Shown here: piece by piece, positions 40,103-53,550 of the stretch
Numbering within the stretch: position 1 is the first letter of the stretch
How the letters are laid out: every line of letters begins with the position of its first letter
Assembly: GCA_964016885.1 (NCBI GenBank)
Contig: OZ024758.1
Location: 23,684,001 to 23,748,000, forward strand
Source of the DNA: Eledone cirrhosa
Lineage: Eukaryota
Direction: 5' to 3'
DNA: 64,000 nucleotides
The notes under the pieces: model-generated
Seen by the model: the letters and a program-made list of their open reading frames with translations, nothing else
What the model was told of the DNA's origin: nothing
Databases searched by the model: none
Program-made: the position numbers and the translations under genes

Positions 40103-41615
40103 ATATATTAATAAATGGAAACTATATTTATAAAACCATATTTATTTTATATATATTTCAAGAGAAACCAAAGCAAATTATGGTGCGCTTTCATCAGATA
40201 AAATACAGATTTGTTTTATAAATAAATATTGACATACCCACAGACTTCAAATCTCGTTTCAATAACCATAAATGTTCCTTTACGAATATTCGTAAAAAAT
40301 CTTCAACTTGTCTATCCAACTTATTTTGGAACTTAAAAGCTAAGAATATTAACTATTCTTTATTTTGGGAAATTATCTCCAAAGCTCCTTCATACATGGG
40401 TCTATCCAAAATTGCTCCCTTTGCGTTGAAGAAATATTCTTTATACTAAAAAGTAAGAACTCTATTAATTTGCGAAATAATTTATTTGGTTCTTGTAAAT
40501 ATCGTTTAAATTCAACTTTTAAATATATATATAAAATGTAATGTATGGTTAATCTCCTTTACATAGTTTTCTATATCCAACCACCTACAACATCATCCTT
40601 CAGATTATATCTATATATGATTCATATATATTTAATTTAATTTACTTTCTATTATCTCTATCTCATAAATATATTATTACACTTATCAATAGATTATAAC
40701 CTTTTTTATATGACTACTTGAAATTCTTTTAAGGAAAATTTTCCTTGAAAAACTTTCGGAAGGTTTTAGAAAATTCTTTGAAAGTTCCTTTGAAAGATGA
40801 AAAAACCATTATTTTCATATCTTACAATATTTTTATATCTTCAAACATTTTAAATATATGTATTCAAATATTTATATATATGTGGAATAACATATGATTT
40901 TTATATATAGGTTTTTTATATATATGTGGAATAACCTATGGTTTATGTTTTAACTATATTGTTAAGATAACATTTTTAACTTTATAACATTTAATCCTTG
41001 GAATCATTTGAGATCATAAAAAATCACTTCTAACTTCCTTTATACTTCCTTACTGTTTTTATAATATAATTAAGTAGTTATTCCTTTGTAAACTCTCGTA
41101 AATTTTCATAAATTTAGAATTATTTGGATGTTTAAATTTTGACTTACAATTATTAATAAATATAATTTTGCCAAACTTACTTTAATAAAATAAACTATAC
41201 TAGATTTTCTATAATGTAAAATACTATATATTTATTTAAATAATTTATAATCTTTAACATAGACATCTAAACCAATATATTATTACTAATACATCTTAAT
41301 ATATTAAACCAATAATTTATTACTAATACATCTTAATATAATATAAATACTTTTATTTTAATTTTTAATATTAATATTAAATTATTAAGGCAAATTTTAA
41401 TCTTTAATTTTGATTTCTAATTTTTAATTTTAATACAATTTTTCAACCTATCATTATAAATATTATAATCACAATGTAATGAACCCTACATTCTAAATAT
41501 TATTCTTCCACGTTAATCTTATTTCTTCATTCATTCTGACTTTCTTCAATATCACTATGTATAATCGTTCTTTCTTTCCTGTGTATATATGTGTGTGTGT
41601 ATATATATATGTGTG

Positions 41616-41646
<31 letters not shown>

Positions 41647-41687
41647 GTGTGTGTGTGTATATGTGTGTGTGTATATATGTGTGTGTG

Positions 41688-41753
<66 letters not shown>

Positions 41754-41993
41754 TATATATATACGTGTGTGTGTGTATATATATCTGTGTACAAATATAT
41801 ATATGTGTGGATATATATATTTTTACGTGTGTGTGTATACAAACATGCATGCGCACACAAACGCATGTACACACAAACACGCACACACACACACATTCGC
41901 ACACACACATTCACACACACATACATTCACACACACACACATACATTCACACACACACACAAGCACACATACACAAACACACACATACACATA

Positions 41994-42032
<39 letters not shown>

Positions 42033-42993
42033 TCACGCACACGCACACACACATTCACACAAACACGCACACACATTCACACTCACTCACTCACTCACTC
42101 ACTCACTCACTCACTCACTCACTGTAAAGGCAATGTTAAAGTTCAATATCCTTTATATCTGATTTTTCTTATTTCTTTGTTAGTGATTTTAATGTTTAAT
42201 TGGGAACAATACAGTCGCTGCGTTAATTAGCGTTTCAAGACCTTCTCGGCTTCATCTTCTTAATGAACTATTGATGAAAGCATCGCTATAGAGACAGTAA
42301 CAGATTCCATTCTGCCTAATTTGATCATATTTGTATTATCTACACCTACCGATCAATAAAGTCTCTCAGCAATCAGGAAAGACTTTAGTTTGTGTCTATA
42401 GGTATGGATTTCTCGAAAAATAAAATATATTTTGTATATATTTTGTTTATATACATATATATATTTTTATATATAGAAAACGTGATCTGTATAGAACGTT
42501 TTTTAACGTCCAGACCTTTTTTGACAATATATATGTGTATATATTTTGTTTATACATACATATATATGTATAAACGGTTTGATCTCTTCCGTCGGGGTTA
42601 AACATTTTCCTATATATATATATATATATATGTAAAAGTTCTATTTAAATTGTTGGGATACAACAAGCAAATATTTTTATAACTGAACAAATATTTGGAG
42701 TATTTGTTAATATCTTATTTTTACTCCAAATATTTGTTGATGGTTTTATAAATATAGTTTCCATTTGTTAATATCTTATTTTTACTCCAAATATTTGTTG
42801 ATGGTTTTATAAATATAGTTTCCATTTGTTAATATCGTATTTTTACTCCAAATATTTGTTGAGTTTATTTATAAAACTGATCTATATTATATTTTATCTG
42901 ATGAAAGCACACCATAATTTAACTTGGTGTCCTTGAAATATGTATAATGAAATAAATATGGTTTTATAAATATAGTTTCCATTTGTTAATATC

Positions 42994-42996
<3 letters not shown>
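40103..42996 (+). mobile_element. Probable 5'-truncated Penelope-like copy: inverted family B end, endonuclease remnant, AT-rich UTR, direct family B end (HHR-like core 42898-42938)
   Basis: 40103-40238 is the reverse complement of the family B terminus, which recurs in direct orientation at 42865-42996. Continuity across the gap is inferred. Confidence 0.5.
40243..40541 (+). pseudogene. Penelope-like element GIY-YIG endonuclease C-terminal remnant, one frameshift
   Basis: Manual translation DFKSRFNNHKCSF..STCLSNLFWNLK..YSLFWEIISKAPSY, frameshift near 40410, then NCSLCVEEIFFILK..INLRNNLFGSCKYR..stop. Fits the PLE pattern FKxRxxNHxxSF..LS..W.LK..W.I..CxLCxxE..N.R. Confidence 0.75.
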
Positions 42997-43044
<48 letters not shown>

Positions 43045-43047
<3 letters not shown>

Positions 43048-43562
43048 ATGTAAATATAATGTATTTTGCAATACACTTTATGCTTAATTAAAAGCATTTT
43101 GAAGACCGTAAGCTATTGTTTTAAAGTAGTGACAAATTCACTCACTTCGATCTCAGCAAACAGGAGGAGATAAGCCGACATGACATGTTTCGCTTTTGTT
43201 GAAGCTTATCAAGGCCAACTACCCCGCCCGTCTGCTGAGATCAATGATGTTATATTCTTATAGAAATCTAGTAAATAATCAGGAGCTGATTATGCAGAGC
43301 GGTTGTTGGTCAGGCAGAAATTAAAAATTATTTACTAGATTTCTATAAGAATATAACATCATTGATCTCAGCAGACGGGCGGGGTAGTTGGCCTTGATAA
43401 GCTTCAACAAAAGCGAAACATGTCATGTCGGCTTATCTCCTCCTGTTTGCTGAGATCGAAGTGAGTGAATTTGTCACTACTTTAAAACAATAGCTTACGG
43501 TCTTCAAAATGCTTTTAATTAAGCATAAAGTGTATTGCAAAATACATTATATTTACATCCAT
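43045..43562. mobile_element. Fold-back palindrome with arms of about 235 bp, flanked by (TA)n
   Basis: Arms 43045-43279 and 43327-43562. Confidence 0.85.
43390..43433 (+). ncRNA. Type I hammerhead variant with U3-A8 core
   Basis: GGCC-TTGATAA-GCTT(CAACAA)AAGC-GAAA-CATGTCATG-TC-GGCT. Confidence 0.7.
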
Positions 43563-43589
43563 ATATATATTACTATTTCAGAGCTACAA

Positions 43590-43626
<37 letters not shown>

Positions 43627-43789
43627 ATATATATACACACAAACAAACATTTAATTTAATTTCCAATTTTATTTTTTAGAATACTACTCCATTCGAGGCG
43701 GACTGGTCATACTGTTATTTGGATAATTCTTGGTGGGTTACGAGATTAGGCTAAAATATAAAAAAATATATAGCTAAAAAAAGCCTTTA

Positions 43790-45612
43790 TTGAACGATGG
43801 GCTTACCTGAGAGGTGACGACTGCGCAGGTCAATTTTAAGACCCAGTCTGCTTCTCTATTCCATAGATTAGCCACGATTCTGAGCCAATAATAAACCACG
43901 GGCTTACCTGACAGGTGACGACTGCGCAGGTCAATTTAAGACCCAGTCTGCTTCTCTATTCCATAGATTAGCCACGATTCTGAGCCAATAATAAACGACG
44001 GGCTTACCTGACAGGTGACGACTGCGCAGGTCAATTTTAAGACCCAGTCTGCTTCTCTATTCCATAGATTAGCCACGATTCTGAGCCAGTAATAAACGAC
44101 GGGCTTACCTGACAGGTGACGACTGCGCAGGTCAATTTTAAGACCCAGTCTGCTTCTCTATTCCATAGATTAGCCACGATTCTGAGCCAGTAATAAACGA
44201 CGGGCTTACCTGACAGGTGACGACTGCGCAGGTCAATTTAAGACCCAGTCTGCTTCTCTATTCCATAGATTAGCCACGATTCTGAGCCAATAATAAACGA
44301 CGGGTTTACCTGAGAGTTGACGACTGCGCAGGTCAATTTTAAGACCCAGTCTGCTTCTCTATTCCATAGATTAGCCACGATTCTGAGCCAGTAATAAACG
44401 ACGGGCTTACCTGACAGGTGACGACTGCGCAGGTCAATTTTAAGACCCAGTCTGCTTCTCTATTCCATAGATTAGCCACGATTCTGAGCCAATAATAAAC
44501 GACGGGTTTACCTGAGAGTTGACGACTGCGCAGGTCAATTTTAAGACCCAGTCTGCTTCTCTATTCCATAGATTAGCCACGATTCTGAGCCAGTAATAAA
44601 CGACGGGCTTACCTGACAGGTGACGACTGCGCAGGTCAATTTTAAGACCCAGTCTGCTTCTCTATTCCATAGATTAGCCACGATTCTGAGCCAATAATAA
44701 ACCACGGGCTTACCTGAGAGGTGACGACTGCGCAGGTCAATTTTAAGACCCAGTCTGCTTCTCTATTCCATAGATTAGCCACGATTCTGAGCCAATAATA
44801 AACCACGGGCTTACCTGACAGGTGACGACTGCCCAGGTCAATTTTAAGACCCAGTCTGCTTCTCTATTCCATAGATTAGCCACGATTCTGAGCCAATAAT
44901 AAACCACGGGCTTACCTGACAGGTGACGACTGCCCAGGTCAATTTTAAGACCCAGTCTGCTTCTCTATTCCATAGATTAGCCACGATTCTGAGCCAATAA
45001 TAAACCACGGGCTTACCTGACAGGTGACGACTGCCCAGGTCAATTTTAAGACCCAGTCTGCTTCTCTATTCCATAGATTAGCCACGATTCTGAGCCAATA
45101 ATAAACCACGGGCTTACCTGACAGGTGACGACTGCCCAGGTCAATTTTAAGACCCAGTCTGCTTCTCTATTCCATAGATTAGCCACGATTCTGAGCCAAT
45201 AAACGACGGGCTTACCTGACAGGTGACGACTGCCCAGGTCAATTTTAAGACCCAGTCTGCTTCTCTATTCCATAGATTAGCCACGATTCTGAGCCAATAA
45301 TAAACGACGGGTTTACCTGAGAGGTGACGACTGCCCAGGTCAATTTTAAGACCCAGTCTGCTTCTCTATTCCATAGATTAGCCACGATTCTGAGCCAATA
45401 ATAAACCACGGGCTTACCTGACAGGTGACGACTGCGCAGGTCAATTTTAAGACCCAGTCTGCTTCTCTATTCCATAGATTAGCCACGATTCTGAGCCATT
45501 ATAGCTGAAAAACCCAATAATAAACCACGGGCTTACCTTGATAGGCGACGACTGCCCAGTCCAGTTTTAAGAACCAGCCCGCTTTTCTATTCCACAGATT
45601 TGCCACAAATAC
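43790..45612. repeat. 101-bp minisatellite, 17 copies plus one diverged terminal copy
   Basis: GGGCTTACCTGACAGGTGACGACTG..ATAAACCAC repeated. Confidence 0.95.
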
Positions 45613-45760
45613 TAAAATGCACATCCGTCATAGAACTCTCTTTTTCTCTTCTTCACGTTTAATATTTTTACTTTTCATCTCCATACATTCTATCTTAACC
45701 AAATCTTACAAATTTCTTAAAATAACTTCTATTTAATTTCTTTCAAGCACAAACACCTAT

Positions 45761-45797
<37 letters not shown>

Positions 45798-45805
45798 AAC
45801 GCATA

Positions 45806-45841
<36 letters not shown>

Positions 45842-45866
45842 AACATATGCATACACACACACATAT

Positions 45867-45965
<99 letters not shown>

Positions 45966-46249
45966 AACATATACATACAGACACGTGTTTATATATATAT
46001 AACGAAGGAAATGTGGTAAGGAACCAGATGGACCATAACGCACCAGAATACTCAATACTTAGGGTAGTAGAGTGGGTAATACTTGAGCTCTGCCGTCGGG
46101 GTCATACTTTTTCCTATATATATATATATGTTAAAACAATGAAATAAAAAAATCAAGTCATTAGAGATATACTTCACTGCTTTACGATCGTTTCTAGATG
46201 ATTATAATACAATATATTTTTCATAACTGACTATATATAAATATATATA

Positions 46250-46686
46250 TGCAAAAGTTTTATTTAAATTGTTGGGATACAACAAGCAAATATTTTTATA
46301 ACTGATATAAAGCACTCGACAAATATTTGGAGTAGATATATGATATTAATAAATGGAAACTATATTTATAAAACCATATTTATTTCATTATATATATTTC
46401 AAGGATAGCAAGTTACATTATGGTATGCCTTCATCAGACAAAATACAATATATAACAGTTTTATAAATAGACATTGACGTACCCCTTTAAAAATTGACCG
46501 TTGATTTGGAGGCCTCCAAAAACAACGGTCAATTTTTAAAGGGGTACGTCAATGTCTATTTATAAAACTGTTATATATTGTATTTTGTCTGATGAAGGCA
46601 TACCATAATGTAACTTGGTATCCTTGAAATATATATAATGAAATAAATATGGTTTTATAAATATAGTTTCCATTTATTAATATCGT
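46250..46686. mobile_element. Family B remnant with a spacerless palindrome centred on GGAGGCCTCC; HHR-like core 46589-46629
   Basis: Arms about 46341-46512 and 46513-46685. Confidence 0.75.
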
Positions 46687-46726
46687 ATAAATATATATAT
46701 ATATATATATATAATATATATATTTT

Positions 46727-47237
46727 TAATTAGAAAGTGAACAACACAAAATATAACTACTCCATTACTAAAGGTTTCTGGATCCCAGACAATATTAACA
46801 TACGTCTGGATCGGTCATCAGACATGTTATGGATAAAAAATATGAAATGAAATTTAAAATCTGTTAAAAATTGGAAGTGAGGCTGGAAAAATAACGGGAA
46901 ATATACCCTTCTTTTCTTATATATATTTCCCATTATTTTACGTCCCTTTACGATCTGAGTTCAAATCCTGCCGAGGTTGACTTTGCCTTTCATCCTTACG
47001 GGGTCGATAAAATAAAGTACCAGTAATGCACTGGGTAATTGCTGGCCTTGTGCCTAAAGTAGAAACAATTATTTTTCAAGCCTCACTTCCAATTTTTAAC
47101 AGATTTTAAATCTCATTTCATATTTTTTATCCATAACATGTCTGATGACCGATCCAGACGTATGTTAATATTGTCTGGGGTCCAGAAACCTTTAGTAATG
47201 GAGTAGTTATATTTTATGTTGTTTACTTTCTAATTAA
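46727..47237. mobile_element. Fold-back element with a degenerate HHR-like core (47142-47188) and a SINE in the loop (46938-47072)
   Basis: Arms 46727-46894 and 47069-47237. CTGATGA-CCGATCCAGACG..TGTCTGGGGTCCA-GAAA. Confidence 0.65.
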
Positions 47238-47453
47238 ATAGCTCTGTTTTATACATAGAGCACTCTTTTTTCCTTTGCTTTTCCTTTTCCTTTAGAATTA
47301 CGTAACACACACACACACACACACATATATATATTACTTTATATTATAATTTTCATTTGAAGATATACCTTTATATGATATTCACACACATAAGAATTCC
47401 ACTTGCATGGTTATTTGTTAATCTTTGTTTGCACATATTCATATGCATACGTG

Positions 47454-47504
<51 letters not shown>

Positions 47505-47911
47505 GGGAGAGATGACCCCTTAGCCTTTGTGAAGGCAGAATTCTAGGAGAAGGAAAACTCTGATATAACACCTGCAACCCTGATGGTATCCAATTATGTT
47601 GACTTGTTCTTCTTTTTGGTAAATATCATCTTGGTTAAGAGAGTGGGACTGGCTTTGTGCAGTGCCTTTGCTCCCTATAAAAGCTTCACGGCACAGGCAT
47701 TGCTTTATATCTGGAGATCTCTCTGCACTTGTCGTCATATGGTACCATGGGCCCAGCACTGTGTGTCAATAATTGTCACAAGTGTAGTGTTTGTACCAGA
47801 GTTTTTAAGTCGCTGGCTGGACTAAAAAGTCACACTCGTTCAGCGCATCGGTAGAGGTTCTCCTACATGGATATAAAGTAGTGGCCGTACTCGAAAACGA
47901 GTTGGCAGCCA

Positions 47912-47948
<37 letters not shown>

Positions 47949-48276
47949 TATATAATGTCATTGTGTATTGGGAACGAAAAGATTTTATTCTTAGCGTAGT
48001 GTAGCGGAAGTTTAAATCTTTGTTTAAACAAGCAGAGGTTTCAATATTTGTGCAGTTAGCCGGAAATTTCCGTCTTTGCGCAGCTAATGGGATTTTCGAA
48101 ATTTTGAATAATAAATCGGAAGTTCTAGTATTTGTGTATCTAATCATATTTTTTTCACAATTTCCGTAACCAAGAGGAAGTCTTCTCTATGTTCAAAACA
48201 AACCAAAACCTGTTCTCAGTATTCTATCAGGGCGCTGTAAAAAAAGACAAACATATATAAAAGGCTCAAACAAAGA

Positions 48277-48466
48277 TAATTGTTTCTACTTTAGGCACAA
48301 GGCCAGCAATTACCCAGTGCATTACTGGTACTTTATTTTATCGACCCCGTAAGGATGAAAGGCAAAGTCAACCTCGGCGGGATTTGAACTCAGATCGTAA
48401 AGGGACGTAACTATGCTGGAAAGCATGGCGTCCGACCCTCTACCGATACTGCCAATCCACCGCCCT
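48277..48466 (-). mobile_element. SINE family 1
   Basis: Consensus match. Confidence 0.9.
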
Positions 48467-48890
48467 GGCTCAAACAAAGATAATGGCATATGATATCTAT
48501 AACCTATAATATAACTTACTATCGTAAGGTCGTGAGTTCGATTCTTGGCGGCGCGCTGTGTCTTTAAACAAGACACTTTATTTCACGTTGCTCCAGTCCA
48601 CTCAGCTAGCAAAAATGATTTGTATCTGTAGTTCGAAAGGCTAGCCTTGTCATATTCTGCGTCACGCTGAATCTTCCTGAGAAATATATTGAAGGTACAC
48701 ATGTCTGTGGGATGCTCAGCCACTTGCACGTTAATTTCACAAGCAGGCTGTATCGTTGATCGGATCAATTGGAACACCCATCGTCGTAACCGACGGAACG
48801 CCAGTAATAATATAACTTATGGCATCAAATTGGCAGAGACGTTAGACTGTCCTCTGCCTGCCTGTCTGTCTGTCTGTTTGTCCGTCTGTC

Positions 48891-49880
48891 CTCACCGAGC
48901 TGCAGTCCTGGGTGAAGCAAAGACCGAGAAAACTGGGCGACTGGCACACCGAGTGTGCCCAGGCGCTCACGGCTCTCTGGCAGGCGGACCCGGCTATCGC
49001 TGGAGACTCCACCTCGTCATTCTATAGAGGGCTGGTGGTTAGCAGGTGCGACGACACCCTCGGAGAAACCCTAGGCATGGAGGAGGACGAACTGGCCAGC
49101 CTATTCGGTAGGACTTTCGGCCTGGCACCTATGGATAACTTCCAGAAGTCCTTTGCCTGGCAGTGCTACCGAGGGGCTCTGCCCGTTCGGGATATGCTCT
49201 ACAGACACGGGCGCCCGGGTAGGGACCCCTCGAAAAAGATCTGTCCCAGATGCGTGCGCGACGAGGAAACCGTCGCGCACGCATTGGTGCACTGCCCGGG
49301 CGTTGCCGATCTGTGGGGATATGTCGAACAACTGCTGTCACGGGTGGGACCAATTAGGTTGACCACCGAGTTCATTGTAACGATCAAGCCGCCTCCCCCC
49401 TTCAAAAATGAAGGAGAGGCGGTCTTCCTCTGTGTAATAGCCATGGTAAAAGAGTTTATATGGTGGACGCGTCTAAAAGGGCTGAGGTCGGACACCTTTC
49501 TCTCCGGCCAACAACTGGTCCTTTTCTTCCGATACCATTTCGGAAGAAGGATCAGGATGGAGAGAGAGGTGCTCCACTACAGCCAGTTTTATGAAAGGTG
49601 GGTGAAAGTTGCGAGAATGGCCCGTGTGAATGGGCCTTCTCTCTACCTCAGCCTGTAGGTGGAACAGAAAGAAGGGATCACCCTCTCTTTGTGCTCCCGT
49701 GGAGAAGGGTCGCACACTTTTTTTCGGGGGTGTGTGTGACCCCAAAACGATCCCTCCCTATTGAGGACCTTCTTGTTATTATTTTGTTTGTTATATTTTT
49801 CTTACTCGATTTTTATGTAAACTCCCCCCACCCATGTACATGTCCCTTTCTTTTGTGCCCTGGTGGCAAATAAACAGAAA
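48891..49880 (+). mobile_element. 5'-truncated Tx1/L1-like LINE: ORF2 C-terminal zf-RVT domain (open to 49658) plus 3' UTR
   Basis: SFAWQCYRGALPVRD..CPRCVRDEETVAHALVHCP..LW CCHC-type motif. AATAAA end; (TCTG)n flanks. Confidence 0.85.
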
Positions 49881-49942
49881 TTTGTCTGTCTGTCTGTGTT
49901 TCATCTCCGGACAACAACTTATCCTCTTCTTTAAGACCCACT

Positions 49943-51182
49943 ACAGAAGGAAGGTGAGAGTGGAGAGAGAGAGAGGTGTAAATTCGCTGAAAGGTGGGTG
50001 AATGTGGCGAAAATGGCCCGAGTGATTGAACCTTGTCTGTATATAAACCAGTAGGTTGAGGAAGACGGGAAGACCTTCAAAACGCGCTCCTGGTGTCGAG
50101 GGTTGTTCTATCCGCGGGGTGTAAAACAACTCCGCAGTAACATTCCCCTCTGTTGGGGATTTCGATTGCTTTATTTTGTTAGCCATTATTATTGTTTTGG
50201 CAGTATCGGTAGAGGGTGGGACGCCATGCTTTGCAGCATAGTGTTACGGCCCTTTATGGTCTGAGTTCAAATCCCGCCGAGGTTAACTTTGCCTTTCATC
50301 CTTGCGGGGTCGATAAAATAAAGTACCAGTAATACACTGGAATAATTGCTGGCCTTGTGCCAAAAGTAGAAACAATTATTGCTAAATGGGCGGTGAATTG
50401 GCAGTATCGGTAGCGGGTCGGACGCCATGCTTTGACGCCTAGAGTTACGGCCCTTGCCATTCTGAGTTCAAATCCCGCCGAGATTTACTTTGCCTTTCAT
50501 CCTTACGGGGTCGATAAAATAAAGTACCAGCAATGTACTGGGTAATTGCTGGCCTTGTGCTAAAAATAGAAACAATTATTATTGTTAAAGGGCGGTAGAT
50601 TGGCAGTATCGGTAGATGGTCGGACGCCATGCTTTGCAGCAAAGAGTTACGGCCCTTTACGGCCTGAGTTCAAATCCCGCCGAGGTTAACTTTGCTTTTC
50701 ATCCTTACGATGTCGATAAAATAAAGTACCAGTAATGCACTGGGGTAATTACCGGCCTTGTGCCAAAAGTAGAAATAATTATTGCTAAAGATTTTATGGA
50801 AAACCCCCGCCGTCACGTCTTATAACGTCCCATTTGTGTACGCCCCCTGTGGCAAATAAAGAAAGATATCTATCTAGGGCCTTCTCTGTATATAAACCTG
50901 TGATATTGAAGAAGATAAACAGAGGGAAGACGGGAACACCTATAAAACGTGCCCCTGGTGTTGAGGGTCGTTGTATCCACGGGGTATAAAACAACCCCGC
51001 AGTAACGCCCTCACCCCTATTGGGGATTTCGATTGTTATTTTATTATATATAGTTTATTGTTATTTATTAATGTTAAAGTTATATGATTTTTATGTAAAA
51101 ACCCCACCGTCACGTCTTGTAATGTCCCATTTCTTGTACGCCCTTGTGGCAAATAAAGAAAGATATCTCTCTGTCTGTCTGT
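49943..51182 (+). mobile_element. Further Tx1-like 3' UTR fragments interleaved with three tandem SINE family 1 copies (50197-50780)
   Basis: GTGGCAAATAAAGAAAGATATCT ends at about 50870 and 51165; SINE consensus. Confidence 0.75.
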
Positions 51183-51860
51183 CTGCCTGTTTGGCTGTCT
51201 ACTTCGCTACCTCCCTATCAACCAATCACCCCCCCCCCTTTCGCTCTACTCTCCTCCTTCGCTCTACCCTCCTGCTTCGTTCTACTCTCCTCCTTCGCTC
51301 TACTCTCCTCCTTCGCTCTCATTCTCTCCTCTCTCACGTTCACCTTCTCTCTGTCTCTCTCCATTCTCTCTGTCTCTCTTCGTTCTCTCTCTCTCTCCAT
51401 TCTCTGTCTCTCTCCATTCTCTGTCTTTCTTCATTCTCTCTGTCTTTCTTCATTCTCTCTGTCTCTCTTCATTCTCTCTGTCTCTCTTCATTCTCTCTGT
51501 CTCTCTTCATTCTCTCTGTCTCTCTTTATTCTCTCTCTCTCCATTCTATTTCTCCCTCTCCATTCTCTCTCTCTCCACATTAGTTTAGTATTTATGTTTT
51601 GAGTATGAATCCCACCAAAGTCAATTTATACATTCCATCATCTCCACTTTCTCCTCTACCCCCCCCCCCCCTCCACCCCCCTCCCCATCTCCTCATCTTC
51701 ATCTCCTCCTCATCATCTTCATCTCCTCCCTCCATCTCCGTTAAAATCCCTAACAGTCAAGTACTGCTTCGATATAATCAGCCAAATATTTTACCTCAAT
51801 ATCTGTGGAGTGGAGTTGTGGCAAATGAGAAATCAATATGATTCCACACTCTTTTAAAAC

Positions 51861-51895
<35 letters not shown>

Positions 51896-52271
51896 ATGTA
51901 TGTATGTATGTATGTATGTATGTATGTATGTATGTATGTGTATGGTCATTCAGGTATGTCTACCTATACTTAAGCGCTGAGTGTGTGTAGCGTGAGTGTG
52001 AGCATGTGTGTGTGTGTGTGTGAGAGCATGTGTATGTGAACGTGTCTGTGTGTATATGTGTGTTGTATAGAAAGGTATGTTTTCCTTGCAACACTATTTG
52101 TAATTATAAATGAGTAGTGCATGTTATTTCAAAGTGAGATGTTATTTCCAAGAGAGATTAATGGTTTCGTAATGAGACCTTACTACTTAGCGATTTCTAA
52201 ATGAGATTAACAGGAAAAAAGCCTTATTTAATAGAGAACATGTCATCAAACCATAACATCATTTGTATTGT

Positions 52272-52626
52272 CAATAACTGTTCCTACTTTTGGCACAAGG
52301 CCAGCAATTATCCCAGTGCATTACTGGTACTTTATTTTATCAACCCCGTAAAGATGAAAGGCAAAGTTAACCTCGGCGGGTTTTGAACTCAAACGGTAAA
52401 GGGCCGTAACTCTATGTTGCTAAGCATGGCGTCCGACCCTCTACCGATACTGCCAATCCAACGCCTTGTATTGTCTCAATAATTGTTTCTACTTTTGGCA
52501 CAAGTCCAGCAATTATCCCAGTGTATTACTGGTACTTTATTGTCAATAATGTGAACTTGCTTTGTTTTATTTAACCAACCAGTTTTTTTTTTAGTTCCAC
52601 GTCTAGTTGGTGCTGTTTCTGTAGGC

Positions 52627-52671
<45 letters not shown>

Positions 52672-53550
52672 CCGTATATAGATGACGGGCAAGAGAAAAG
52701 AGTGCTCAACACCGCAGTAGTTTAAATATTTTCATGTCTGATGACTCTGTGATAAACAGGCGAAATTCCCGAGTAACAAGACTCACTTCTCAACCTTAAT
52801 AAAATGTATGATATATATATATATATATATTGTTATACTTTGGGAGGGTCATGTTGCCAATAAGAAACACACGCACCAGTTGCTTTCACTTCAATTTATT
52901 ATAATAAATTTAGGAATTTATAAATTTCCGGTTGGTTGGTTCCACAACCAGATGGTTGTTTATATATTGTCAAAGTTCTTTCGTCACACATTCAGTGACT
53001 GGGGATTCTTTTCTTTGTTTTTGTGCCTCTCCTTTGTTCTGTCCTACGCCATTTTGTTTCACGTGAAATAAAGTGTCTTGCTCAAGGACACAACGCACCG
53101 CCCGGTCCAGGAATAGAACTCACAACCTCACGATTGCGAATCCAATTCTCTAACCACTCACCCACGCGCCTTCACATCTTTATTAACATCATCATAGTTA
53201 CGTCCCTTTAGGGTCTGAGTTCAAATCACGCCGAGGTTAACTTTGCCTTTCATCCTGACGGAGTCGATAAAATAAAGTACCAGTAATGTACCGGGTTATT
53301 TGCTGGCCTTGTGCCAAAAGTAGAAACAATTAATATCATCATTTATCATTATCTTTATCTAGGGCGGTGGATTGGCAGTATCGGTAGAGGGTCGGACGCC
53401 ATGCTTTGACGTATAGAGTTACCGCCCTTGCCATTCTGAGTTCAAATCCCGCCGAGGTTAGCTTTGCCTTTCATCCTTACGGGGTCGATAAAATAAAGTA
53501 CCAGTAATGTACTGGGGTAATTGCTGGCCTTGTGCCAAAAGTAGAAACAC
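52272..53550. mobile_element. SINE family 1 copies (52272-52466 -, 52478-52540 -, 53195-53332 +, 53362-53550 +)
   Basis: Consensus matches. Confidence 0.85.
52733..52780 (+). ncRNA. Type I hammerhead motif
   Basis: CATGT-CTGATGA-CTCTGT(GATAA)ACAGGC-GAAA-TTC(CC)GAG-TA-ACAAG. Confidence 0.7.
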
